This document shows positions 49,318-61,200 of a stretch of DNA of 64,000 bases, in pieces. The stretch is from Paraphysomonas bandaiensis (taxonomy: Eukaryota; Protista; Chrysophyceae), in NCBI GenBank assembly GCA_965644295.1, contig CBFFRP010000405.1, positions 62,001 to 126,000 on the forward strand. The letters run 5' to 3'. A program made the position numbers and the translations under genes. Under the pieces are notes generated by a model. It saw only the letters and a program-made list of their open reading frames with translations, did not search any database and was not told the origin of the DNA. Positions within the stretch are counted from its first letter, which is position 1. Every line of letters begins with the position of its first letter.

Positions 49318-49533
49318 CCATGGCACAGGCCCGCCAGACACATTGCCCAAAGGTAGACCCCCCGACTAACCTCAATACAAGGGACGGTTGCACCATGGTG
49401 CTCGCAGCGATGCTCAAGCAGTCCCGAGACGTTTGCCCGCCACTAGTAGTATTTAGCAAATCTAGTTATTACTGTAGTTAGTCTATAGATATAAACTAGT
49501 TTCTGTACACAACCGCTCTCATGTAATAATCAA
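49318..49533 (+). mobile_element. 5'-truncated LINE-like 3' end (family A variant), ORF ending TLPKGRPPD*
   Basis: 13-bp TSD aattgattttcaa (49305-49317, 49534-49546); ends ctctcatgtaataatc. Confidence 0.88.
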
Positions 49534-50488
49534 AATTGATTTTCAAAAAATTGCAATTAATTGTCAATTATTGAAATTGGGACATCGATTCATAATTGCA
49601 ATTATAATTGACTCCGGCTCGCTTCAATTAATTGATATTTAAAAACCTACCTTTTTATGCTAAAAAGTTGTTAAAAATTCTAACTCTTACGAAAAAATCG
49701 AAGATTGGTGAAGGACTATATAAGGGCCTTGAGTGGGCTCAGTCTTGGATGCCTGTTTATTTTCAAGGCCCAAATACTTATTAGTGTCCCTTGTACCTCA
49801 CAAGCATTTGGTTATGAGTAGGCTGAACAATAACTGCTGACTATATAGTGTGCCGCTCACATTAGTTTCCCAGAGAAATCTCTCCGTTACTTATCCCCGA
49901 CTTTGTTGAAGGAATTAATACTAAAACCTGGTAAAGCGATATCATCAGGTTTCATATCTAAGTATATTGAATGATTATTTTACTGTAATTTGTACGAGAG
50001 AAGTTAAAGGTAAAGAAAAGAGCTATAATAAGTAGTTGTCATTAGAATTATTTATTGTGTTTCAAGCTGCCCCTGCTACTATTGTGTGTAATATCGTATT
50101 CTATAGCTGCATTTGCCTCTCTTGAGATTTCAAATGCTCCAGCCGAATAGACTGATTTTGAATGCATTGCATATGCTTACAGTTATATTATCCACTACTA
50201 TCATGCAATAACACCGCTACTGCCTACAGTAGTATTAGTACCTATATCAGATTTTAGATTCGATTAGAGTTAAGTCGTAAAATTACAAAATTCTAATTTA
50301 GGTGTATTGCTTTTCTAATTTTTTACAGTTCACAAGACAACACTTTCAGTAAGAATAATATGATTTCATAAATTGTGGCTGTGAGGGGTGTGTAAACATG
50401 TATCCAAGTGTCGAACATTTTCAAGCAAGATCAGATATTCGGCAATAACAAAGTAAAGTACTGTGTATATCACAACGTAAACCTTATA

Positions 50489-53400
50489 TTAACGTAAGTT
50501 GTTATACACGCCTTGTAAAAAGCTCTCCCACTCAGATGTAACGCTACTAGTAAAAGGAGCACCGTATAAGTCAGGAAATAAAATTCCTTTATTTTCACAT
50601 ATTAGTTTCCACACTTCGCATGACTGTTGTTGGTGAGTTGGAGTCCTACACATACCATCGTTTACCCATTGATCCTTTTCCATGACATTCCTGCACAGAA
50701 AACTACTGTTCGCAAGTTGAACTGCTTTTCGTACATAGTCCTCGGCCCCATCTGCGATCATAGCAGATATATTGATATGTGCTGCGATTCCGTTTCCGAT
50801 ACGATGCACAGTCTGCTCAGTAATTAGAAAGTTAACATGCATTACTGCATTTGTACAGCACATTCACCGTACCTGCATAGCCCCACTGCTTACAAAAGGC
50901 ACATCGCATCTGAGCGCATCAGACAGAGTGACCCCACCTCCGAAAGGCACAGGGTCTAGAGACACGTCCGAACCACAGAGCCAATTATTGTAATCTTGTG
51001 ATGGGCCCTACCCAAAGATATACACGACGATGAAAACGAAAATCACAATTGTCACGCAAAAACCTGAGGTATGAAAACCACTCTGCGATCATCTGCCCCT
51101 GTAGCCAGTAGTTTGTGCCACAAGCGTTGTTGAAAAAGTGCCTATAGATATTGTTGGCGCCACTCTAGTAACATTTTCTAGACGAACCTGATGCACAGGC
51201 TTCGAATGCATAGAACTAGATAAAACTATGATCGCCTTCGGATCCCTAAGAACAATCTAATGCGTATGAGCTACAATAGTACCAAAAAAATGTTGTACAT
51301 TTGCAAGTATATCGTCGAAATCTGAATGGAACTTCATTAGTGATTGCAGACAGCTGTATATTCTAAATTTAGACCGCTCGGCATGATCATGAAGACTCAG
51401 GGTATCAGCAAACATACGAAAGGGTCGGTTATGAATGTCTCTTCCCCTTTCAACCAGAGCACTAATGTATTCTGCCCGTGAGAAAGGTCCCAAAGAGTAT
51501 GTAGAATCGGCGGGTAAAAAATTGGCAGACAACGACTGAAACAAAACAAGCTGCTCGAAGTACCCCCGCTCCTTTCTGTACCAAAGAGTGACGGTGCACC
51601 AGGATAACAGTAGCTTTAGTGTAATTACCGTGTCATTGATCCCATTGAAGGCTCAAAAGATTCCGAGGTTACAAAATAATCAATCGATGGAAAACCTGTC
51701 GCCCAATATATTAGACTCCCACTTAAGCGCTACTAATACGAACCTGGAGAGTATGGATGTCCCCAAAATGCTATCTTTACGATCGTTCATTATTCTAATT
51801 AATTTTTACAAATCCATGAATATTTACCTGTGTCGGTGCCATTCTGTGCATCGCAATATGAGTCGTGTGAGAATCTGAATCAACCGAACGTTAAACAACA
51901 GATATTGATGAGATACTCATGTACCCATTAAAATATCGCCAAATATAATAATATCAAGGTACAGCCCCTTGACATGTCTACCACTGGATATAACGTCCAT
52001 GTTTAATGTGACCTATTAAGTGTTAGTCATGCCAACGAACGTGAAGTCCATATACCCAGTCGTCCGCTGCCTTTCTTAGTGTATATGTTAAATCATCGTG
52101 ATTTAATCCGTTAGTACGTGTACCAGGTGCCTATTGACGTGTTGTGAGCCCTAACAATGAATCTCAAAACCGCAAAACCTGAATGTCAATAATAGTCAAG
52201 TGGAAGACATCTCGGTTAAGTGTCAATATCGTGTGGCCGAGAAGCCGCCCAACACTGTAAATGTTCGAATCAATCAATAATTATTCACTACATGCACAGA
52301 ACCTATGTCTAAAAAAGAAAGATGATAGAAAGGCAACACGAATCTTTGCATTGTTAGCAGCCGTGGTAGACTTTAGAGCCATTTCTTTCTCACTCTGAAA
52401 CGACTCAGAGCCTACGACAATTCTATAATAACTATTCGGAATACTCCACCCACTCGAGTTAAGAGTTGATATAGTAGACTCCTACAAAACGAATTATACA
52501 ACGCGATACAAAAATCAAGTGAATATGGACCTGATAAGCCAAGAGGAACAGCCCCTTTACAGCGGGCGAAAGTGCTGACAAATCAACTGTGCAGCCGTCA
52601 ATTTCACATCTCTCTGCAATTCGTTTTAGAATAAAATCTGCCTGAATTTGCAACACATGACTATTTTATTGCACATTAGATCAATGCAACTGCTCACCTC
52701 TTGACGGAGTGGTGTGCTGTCATCAGAGGGAGAAGTGATTGTCGGCGACAAAATCTAAAATAGAAAGGTGCACAACTTAACGTACGGCACATAGATTTTA
52801 TGGGAGCCTACTTGGAGCACCATAGAGATGTAAAGCGTTAAAAGGTGCTCTGATCCGCGCAATATCTAGAATTCATAAGGTTGGATCTATATTTTCAAGC
52901 ACAGTTCACCTCCCATATATCTTCGTTCATGTCCCCATTCGCACCGGCAAGAATCGAAAGAAGAACACCTAAGCTACCACGGTCGGAGAATAAGGTCGCC
53001 TAGACGCGATGCGCTAATAAGGTAGAGTTCTAGAACAATAAAAGAACCCACATTGTAACAGGGTATATCCTTTTCATCACCTAGAAGAAGCCCCATGGCC
53101 CCTGCTGTTTTGCAGAATACCGACAACTGTGAGGCAGAGAAAGGGGCAGAACTAGTACTTTTGAGCGCGTCATGTTTTCCAGCAACATTAAGTATCACTT
53201 TCCTAATATCATGGTGATGGAAAACTAGAAGTAACATATTTTATGTAGATACCTGGTTACTCGAGCTGCCGATTCCGCCATACCAGAGGACATGACACTG
53301 CTGGCGACTGTGTCACAGTGTCAATAAATATACCTCGTAATAAATATACTTACGCGCAATATAATCGTGAAAAACACCCTCGCCCAATCCCCGCCTAAGT

Positions 53401-54781
53401 ATAAAACACGCCCACTGCAATGCTTCTCCATAAACCCCCGTCTCACCCCTTGTCATGATGTCACAATCATGCACGCAATCTCTCTCCACCATGGGATCTG
53501 TACCATCCAATACCATTAGCACACTTTCCCAGCACCCACGCCCCATCCCTACAGTCCGAACTGCACTCAGCGCACCAGAAACATCTAAATCTTCCCTGGT
53601 ACATGTAATTACTGTTGCACAAGAGCGACTATACCCAGTACCTCAATAGTCCGTTCGCATACCGCATCATGGCATGCCTCCAAAGGCAGCAAGAACCATT
53701 TCCAAATGTTCTTCCTGCCCCCAATAGAGTTTCCAATCCTTCCTGCGCCTGCTCCACTTTGCCAGAAACAGTAAAGGGCGACAAGCATAAAAGCGGCAAA
53801 GATGGGAGATGATTAGTGATATCACAACTTTTCATCGGAGTATAGTCTAACGCATTTGGAAACGCAGTCAATGACTGTCTTCCCGTGCTCGGTAGAAGAG
53901 GTGATATGAATCTCGTATGAACTATATTCAAATATTGAACAAAGGCTTTAATAAGAGTAGAAGAAGGGGCAGTTGCATCTTGAAGAGGAGAAGAGAGTGC
54001 CAGAAAAGAGTAACAGGGGCGGGCAGCAGACCACGAAACGGCCACTTCTACCCATTCACACAAAGCAGAAATCAAGTCTACTCGGAGGGAAGATGGAGAA
54101 AATTGAACTGTGTAATTGATAGTCGCATTAAGAATCTGAACCAAAATGTCAGCACAGCCTAATGTGGCCACTGTAACTTCAGCTCCTTCGCCCATCAATG
54201 ACAACAGCAGTCCTCTCAAAACGGCATGTACATTGTGACTTGTAGAAGGCTCCGTCTCTAACCATTCCGTCAATGAGTCCACAGAGCAAAGACCTTTGTT
54301 TATTCTACTAACTCTCATACCGAACTCAAAACCACTTCCTAACCTTTTCCATCGCCGGACTGTCCAGGGAGAATGTGACGTCTCAACTGCCCCAAATATT
54401 TGAGAGTTATTCTCAGCTATAATGTACCAGCGTTTCTACGGCATGTTAGTATCGAAAATATCATAATAAATACATTACCTGAATAGAATTATTGACAAAG
54501 TGGTTAGAAGACTGGATTATTGCTCGATTATCTACATTTGAGCACACGTTGTCGACACAAGTATATCTAACAACCGTCAACTTAAGGAGATGATAAAATA
54601 TAATTATCACTCACATTCCATCGTACTCTTCAAGTGATGAGTACACTACCACAAACGCCAGAGCATTATTACTTTCAATTTGACTCGCAATGCATCCTTG
54701 TCCTTGCAATAGCACACAGATAACAGTCAGCAATGCGGACACTCTCAGCTCTAGAAGTCTTGTCGAGTGGGCGTTGTGCAT
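50489..54781 (-). CDS. GT41 (O-GlcNAc transferase/SPINDLY-like) glycosyltransferase, multi-exon, N-terminal signal-like segment
   Basis: Spliced motifs FFFRH-SVGRL, RMAPTQ-IAFWGHP, IDYFVTS, CLQSLMKFHSDFD, DPVPFGGGVT. Confidence 0.8.
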
Positions 54782-55221
54782 AACAAATCTCTACCTCCCA
54801 AACGAAACAAATGTTGACATGTGTGCAATGGAATAGAATTATATGTACTGCGTGTGTTGTTTAAGAACAAACGTATCGACTCACTCACTGAAGGAAGATC
54901 ATATCCAGCACAAGCACCTGTACACCATATATCATATACATACTATGTGCTGCTGTCAAAATAAGGAATACCGTGTGGTATACAGCAGTAGTATGGGTGA
55001 TATTCCGTCAACGTCTAGTTTCTGCGGGGTTTTCTTCCTGCTTGGACCATATTTCAAACTATACACTCTGCGATCTCAGTCCCAACAGAATACACTTCAC
55101 TTCACTTCCCTCTGAGTGAGTTGATCAGTGAAAGTATATAATAGAAATAAGCTGAAGTCAGTCAGATACGGGCTGCTCTACTGATACTCTTATTAATTTA
55201 GATTAAGTTAACTATAAATAA

Positions 55222-58200
55222 ATGGATAGCAATCCAGAAAGCAGTGATGGGGTTGATAACAGACCACTAGATGTAAGACTCGAAGACAAGGTGAGTATTC
55301 AATACCAGTCGTGATTTCATCCGTACTGATGTGGTGTTTATGACAGAACTGGAAGACTAGATCTGGCGCATATGCAGAATTAAATAATTTATTAAAATCC
55401 GCTATGGACGATGACCCGATATTTGAGGAGTATGGTGAGTCACTCTTCGACATATAATGTGTTTTTATAACTGGACTCAATCAGCTCGCTATATGCCGAA
55501 GATGGCCTCTGATTCGAATGCGAGTGCTCTGGATACAGGCCTGGATTCGGTGTTTCTATTTGCCGATCGTGCCCCCGTTGCCTGTATCCGGCAACAAGCG
55601 GACCGCATCTGCACCGGTATCATTGATAAGGCTCTTGGAGCCAATAAAGCTTCTAGTCAGCAAAAGTATGTACCGTTTTATATAATATTGCCTTAACACG
55701 TGCACAGGGGTCGGTCGATTGTGCTTAAGCTTATGGAGGTGGACGACCCCACAACATGTACGGGAATTCTACTCTCACGACTCTCAGACAAAAAGGTATA
55801 TGCGAAGTAGTATTATAGTTCGAGTATGTGACACTTTAGCGTGTAGCCAAAGATCCCTGGCGTGTGTCTGAGTATTATCAAGGAAGGTGTGGAGCTCTTC
55901 GGAGTAAAACCCTTCCCAATTCGGGATGTGATATCATCATTGGGCCCGGTTTTGGATGGCAACAACAGCGGTGCCAGAGATGGGGCTATGTCTTTAGCTG
56001 TGGAGCTCACAAGGTGGATAGGTCGTGCCCCCCTGGGGTCATTGGTAGACGGTATGCGCTCAGCGCAGAAGAGCGATTACGAGAAACTGGTTGCCGGCAA
56101 CGAGACAGAGGTAGTCGGTTAACTCTCAGATTCATTCATGATTTCTGTCATTTGTAGGGCAAACCATCCCCTTCATTGTGGTTGAGGAAGGATCGACCAT
56201 CGGCAACTGCAGCAGTAACTTCTTCACCTGGGAAGGGTGGGACTGCAAGCGGTAGCGGGGGTACTTCATCTGATGGTGCTCCTGAAGAAATTGACCCGCG
56301 CGAATTTGTTGAGGAGGTGGACCTCCCAAAGAAACTCAAGAGCACTGACTTTAGCACTCTTGTAGCAGAAGAGAAATGGTCGGAGCAGTTAAAGGGTATG
56401 CAGCTAGTGATAGACGCTATAGGCCCAACACCTAAACTCAAGGCCAAAACGGACATTCATGATATCCTGGATTTGTGCAAAGGCTTCTTGCGACAGGGAC
56501 ACGTTCAGCTGCAGGTATCCTCGCTGCGCATACTGGCATTGTTAGCAGACGGACTTCGAGGCGAGTTTTCACACTCTATTCGCCCACTGACTCAAACCGT
56601 AATAATGAAGTGCAAAGAGAAGCGTCTCTTACCTGATGTTTCGTTTGTGCTAACGAATACTCTCAAGTACTGCCTCGGGTTCGAGTCTCTGCTTGATGAC
56701 ATATGTGAGCATATTAGAAACAAGAAGACTCCTCCTCACGGGCGTATATGTCTTATGGAGTTTGTACAAATTTCTTTGAGAGGTGCACGTTTGGTATCTT
56801 TGCTCTGTTTGATATAACCGCTCTATCACTGCTGCATCCAGATATTCCAGGGCGAGTAGGGACAGAATGTCTGAAGCCGCTGGCGGACGCTGTTGTGGCT
56901 TCATGTGAGGATTCTGACGTGAAAGTGCGGGATAGCTGTGGAGTAACTCTAGGTGTACTCGCTGCTGGAGTGCGGGCCAGGGGACGAGGCGCAGTGGATG
57001 CGCACCGTACTTTGATGGCCCTCGAGCAGTCCGCCCCGAGGTATATCGTCATGTGCCTGTAGGCGGTTCCTTATCAACTATTTATCTGCAGAGTGTATAA
57101 GAAAATGATGGCGGCAATGGATGGATCGTCAGGAAATGTTCCAGCTTCAGCCCCTAATTCTCAAATCTCTGCCCCAGCTCGCGGTATGGACCCACATTTG
57201 GCACTATGTGTATAGCACTAAATTCTCTCTGTAGCTAAGTCAGAAGACACTACCAGTAGTAGTGCCACAGACAGTTCGACTGCGAGGCCTGGACTGCGAA
57301 AGCCTGTGGCTGGTATCAAAAAGAAGCCGGTAGGCGCGGCCTCGGCGGCTCCGAAGAAAACATCCGCACCTCCCCCTGCTGCAGTGAGTTCATCTAACGA
57401 TGACAATGTTGACGAGCTTGCGATGAGTGGAGAGGAAGCTGCTGCTGCATTAGGAGATCTTGGAATTCCGGTGGGTCGGCCGGAATTTTTTACATGGTAA
57501 CATGTTCTCATTCTTTGCAGGATTGGGAAGGAGAAGTACAGCCCCTGATGGCCTCCGATAAATGGCAAGACAAAGTGGCCGCACTGGGAAAAATCGAGGA
57601 ATTTGTGAAGGTACGAGCTTATTTGTGTGTACTAAAGTGAATTACATTGCTCCAGGCATCCGAGGTCGGAGGGCAAGCTTCTGCCCCTCTTGTGGCCTAT
57701 ATCAAGGGCCAGTTCAATAATTTCAAAGTCACTAACGTGAGCGTTCTGAAAGGCATACTTCAGCTGGTTTCGTCTGCTGCGCAGCATTCAGGTAGTATAG
57801 TCATCATCGGCATGAAAGCGGGTGATGAAAATGTACAGGGAATACATCATTTTCACGCTCTGGAGCCATGGAGGTTATACAGGCCTGGGGCGACAAGATG
57901 GCTGATAAAAAGATCAGTGACTTGATATGTTCCGTGCTCACAGCGCTGTCAGAGTCAGTATCTCCCGGTTTCGTGGTCAAGCAGATGAAACGCGTTATTG
58001 ACAAGACAAGGGCACCACTGGCTCACCAGAACTTCCTTGACTGGCTAAAGGTTCGTGGTATGTTGATATTGAGGTATTTTTGTGAAGTCCTAGTGCTGTC
58101 ATAGAATGCGATTAGTGAGTTTGGAGCTTCCCTCTTCCCGATTCAGTTTGTAGGTGCATTCTGCCAATCTGAAATGGACAACAAGACAGCTGCTGTGAGT

Positions 58201-61200
58201 GATCCTTTGGCACTCAGTACTCTGTTGTTATAATATTTTTCAGGTGCGAACGTCAGCAGTGGAGGTCATGGGAGGTGTGTTGGTTTGTATGTGTATTGTA
58301 CTAAAGCGCCTGATTTGAATGTATGAAGCACTATATTATCAATTGGGTCCTCGATTCCTTGCCATCGCAATGTCAGACGATATGAAACCTGCGCTTAAAT
58401 CTGTGCTCGAAACTGAATTTCAAAAGGTTGGGCACGACCCGGCTGCTGCGACGAAGACTTTTCGTGCTGTCAAGGGGGAGGTTAGTGTATATGCACCCTG
58501 TAAAAATATTTACCAAGCTATATTTGCTTTGTGTAGGCTCCAGCAGTGGCTAGTGGGGGGGCTATCCCTCGCACTGACCTCTCCTCTGCACTTGAGAGAT
58601 CCGTAGTAACTGATCTAACTTTTTCCGAAGGAAAGAACTCTTGGCAGGTCTGAACAATGACGCAATACTACTGACACTATTTAACGTATGTATCCGGTTT
58701 GTAGAACCGAAAGAGCGCAATGGAGGCTATCATTCAAGTGTGCGAACGGAGTGGACACTATATTGCAGGAAATGCGACTGCGAAGGAGGTTATTAAGGCA
58801 CTGAAGGATCGCCTCAACGATACTCAGGTATTTAATGTCACTGTTTAGAAGTATTTGAATTTATTGGCAATCGAAGGCGAATTTAAAACCACTTGGTGCA
58901 TCCGCTCTGGGTCATCTGATCAGTTCATTGGAGCCTGAATACAGTGCCCGTGTTCTGAGAGTAATTGCGGGACCCCTCATAGGGGGTGTTGCTGACAATA
59001 AAAAGGCAATGCGTGATGCCTCTGTACAATCCCTGCAGGTACTACCCTGTGTTGTAACTGCCTAAATGCACTCAGTAGCCGCTCCTTACTTTTGGTCTTA
59101 GATGATTGTGAGCTGCTGTAAAGGAGAATGTGCTACACCTGACGCCAATCTGTTTGGAGCCCTGGTTCCCGCCCTCTCAGAAGCGGTTCTGAATCCAGGT
59201 ACTTTGCGCTCGTCCACTGCATCTACTTTTTATAGTTGTGTAATACAGTGGGACGACTGGAACTCTTGACATGGGTCCTTGCACAAGTAGAAAGCCCAAC
59301 AGCTATGAAGTGCGAGTGGACAGAGCTCGCACACTCACTTGTTGTAGCACTTCAGGTATCAATTCATGTTTCAGTGCGGATGTACGGTAATATATTCTAA
59401 GGACAAAATTGCTGCTGTCCGATCCGTCGCGGAACAGTTGTTCTCGGCATTAGTGTCCAAGGGTTACGTGAGCAAAGCAGAAGCCTCGAAAAGCTTTCGA
59501 GACCTCCCACCAGCTAATGCCAGAGCAGTGCAGGTGAGTAAATAGCTATTCTCGCGCCTGGAATACCAGCCCTAACGTTTACTACTACCAGCCTGCGCTG
59601 GATCGCATTTTATCTGCTGCCTCCACGGCACCAGCAGTTTCTACCGATCCGCCATCTCCTACCCGTGCAGGTGCGCCTGTACGACGTCATCAGCAGGTGG
59701 AGGTCGAATCTACTTCAGCCCCTGAACGCCCCGCATCGAAAACATCGAAGTAAGATTTATGCGCAGTGCTTGTTGTTGTCTTAGTTGTATGTAGACTTGC
59801 AGCACCGAAGACCTCTCGTTCAGATGTGGCCGATGCTCCTGTGGCGCCTGCTGTAGAGCCGGAGAACGTATCCAAAACATTCCCTTTAAAGAAAACTAAC
59901 AAAGTAATCCCGATTCGGGGGAAGTTAATTCAATGGTTCATAGTTATTTGATTGATTTTGGTCGTAGGAGAAAAGGTTGGAGGACTTCTACAAGCAAAAT
60001 TGGCCTCAGCCACCAGAAGACCCAGGTGAAGCGGAAATGCAAGCGCTCAAGAGCACATGGGAACCCTTGATGGCCCCAGAACTTTTTGCCGTCATTTTCC
60101 AGGAAACCAAAGGTAAAGTGGGAGCTATATACTTAAGCAATATAATACGATGCCTAGGGCTTGTGAACCAAGATAGTGTCATGGGAGCCATGGCTGAGTT
60201 GACATCTCTACTTGATGAGGAGGCCTACGGAGCCACCAGTGGAATGCCTTTCGGTCCCGGTGTGGGGGAAGTTGTGATTCAGCACACAGACCTCATGCTA
60301 CGGTACATTTCTTATTATTTGCATAATTCAATAAAATGATGTGCTGTTGTAGCTGGGCCGCACTTGCACTATGTCTACGAGAGAGCTCCAGTGGTCTAAT
60401 GCATATCCTGCTTTTAATATCAAAGATATTCAACAAAATAGATTCTGTTGGTGGACAGGTAGGTTTAATTTTGTTACGTTAGAATGTTAATCTGATGTGT
60501 AAGCAGCTCCATGAAGCAGAAATATCTACAATTCTTCCCGCTCTAATCGAAAGATCAGGACATAGAAGTGAGAGGCACAAGAAAGCATTCACCTCTGCAA
60601 TTGGTGGTGTAAAGGGTACTGTGTCACCTAGTAGGCTCTGTCAACTTCTTCTTCAGGCAGGGTATTTTCTGTGACGTCATCTGTGTTGTCATTACTGTTG
60701 CAGGGACTGCGCTGCAAAAACAAGAAGACGCGTGTGAACTGTGTGGAGATGATATCCAATATTATCAGAGGTATTATTTATCCGTGTCTTATTACTTACC
60801 TTAGGATTCTCTCAGAGTCTGGTCCCGTTGTCCTCGGCCGACAAGGTATACTGCAGATCGGCAGTATATTCAACACCCGTGAGACAGATGTTGCTCTGAG
60901 AAACGCCGCGCTGGACTTTTGCTTCTACCTCTACTTGCATGTCGGTAGTAATAAAACAAAACTAATGAAACTGCTTGGTGACATATCTGAGAAGGCGGTA
61001 CCAATGGTAAAGGATTGATATCGCGTATTTTATTCTAACACAAGTTCCCAGATTGATCATCGCATAAAGGAAAAGCTCAAGGGAGAACCAGCAGATGTTA
61101 AACCTGTCGTTCCAGCCCCTTCACAACAGCAGCGGTCTCAGCCTGAGGAGACAACTCGTGCGGAATCTATCAAACGCGCTGTATCCCCTGGTCCACGACG

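Larger units (their letters stand above)
47303..49912 (-). mobile_element. SINE-like element split by nested insertions (pieces ~47303-47513, 49203-49286, 49727-49912)
   Basis: Pieces are collinear with 36932-37456; the head lacks the P2-P3 segment. Confidence 0.8.
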
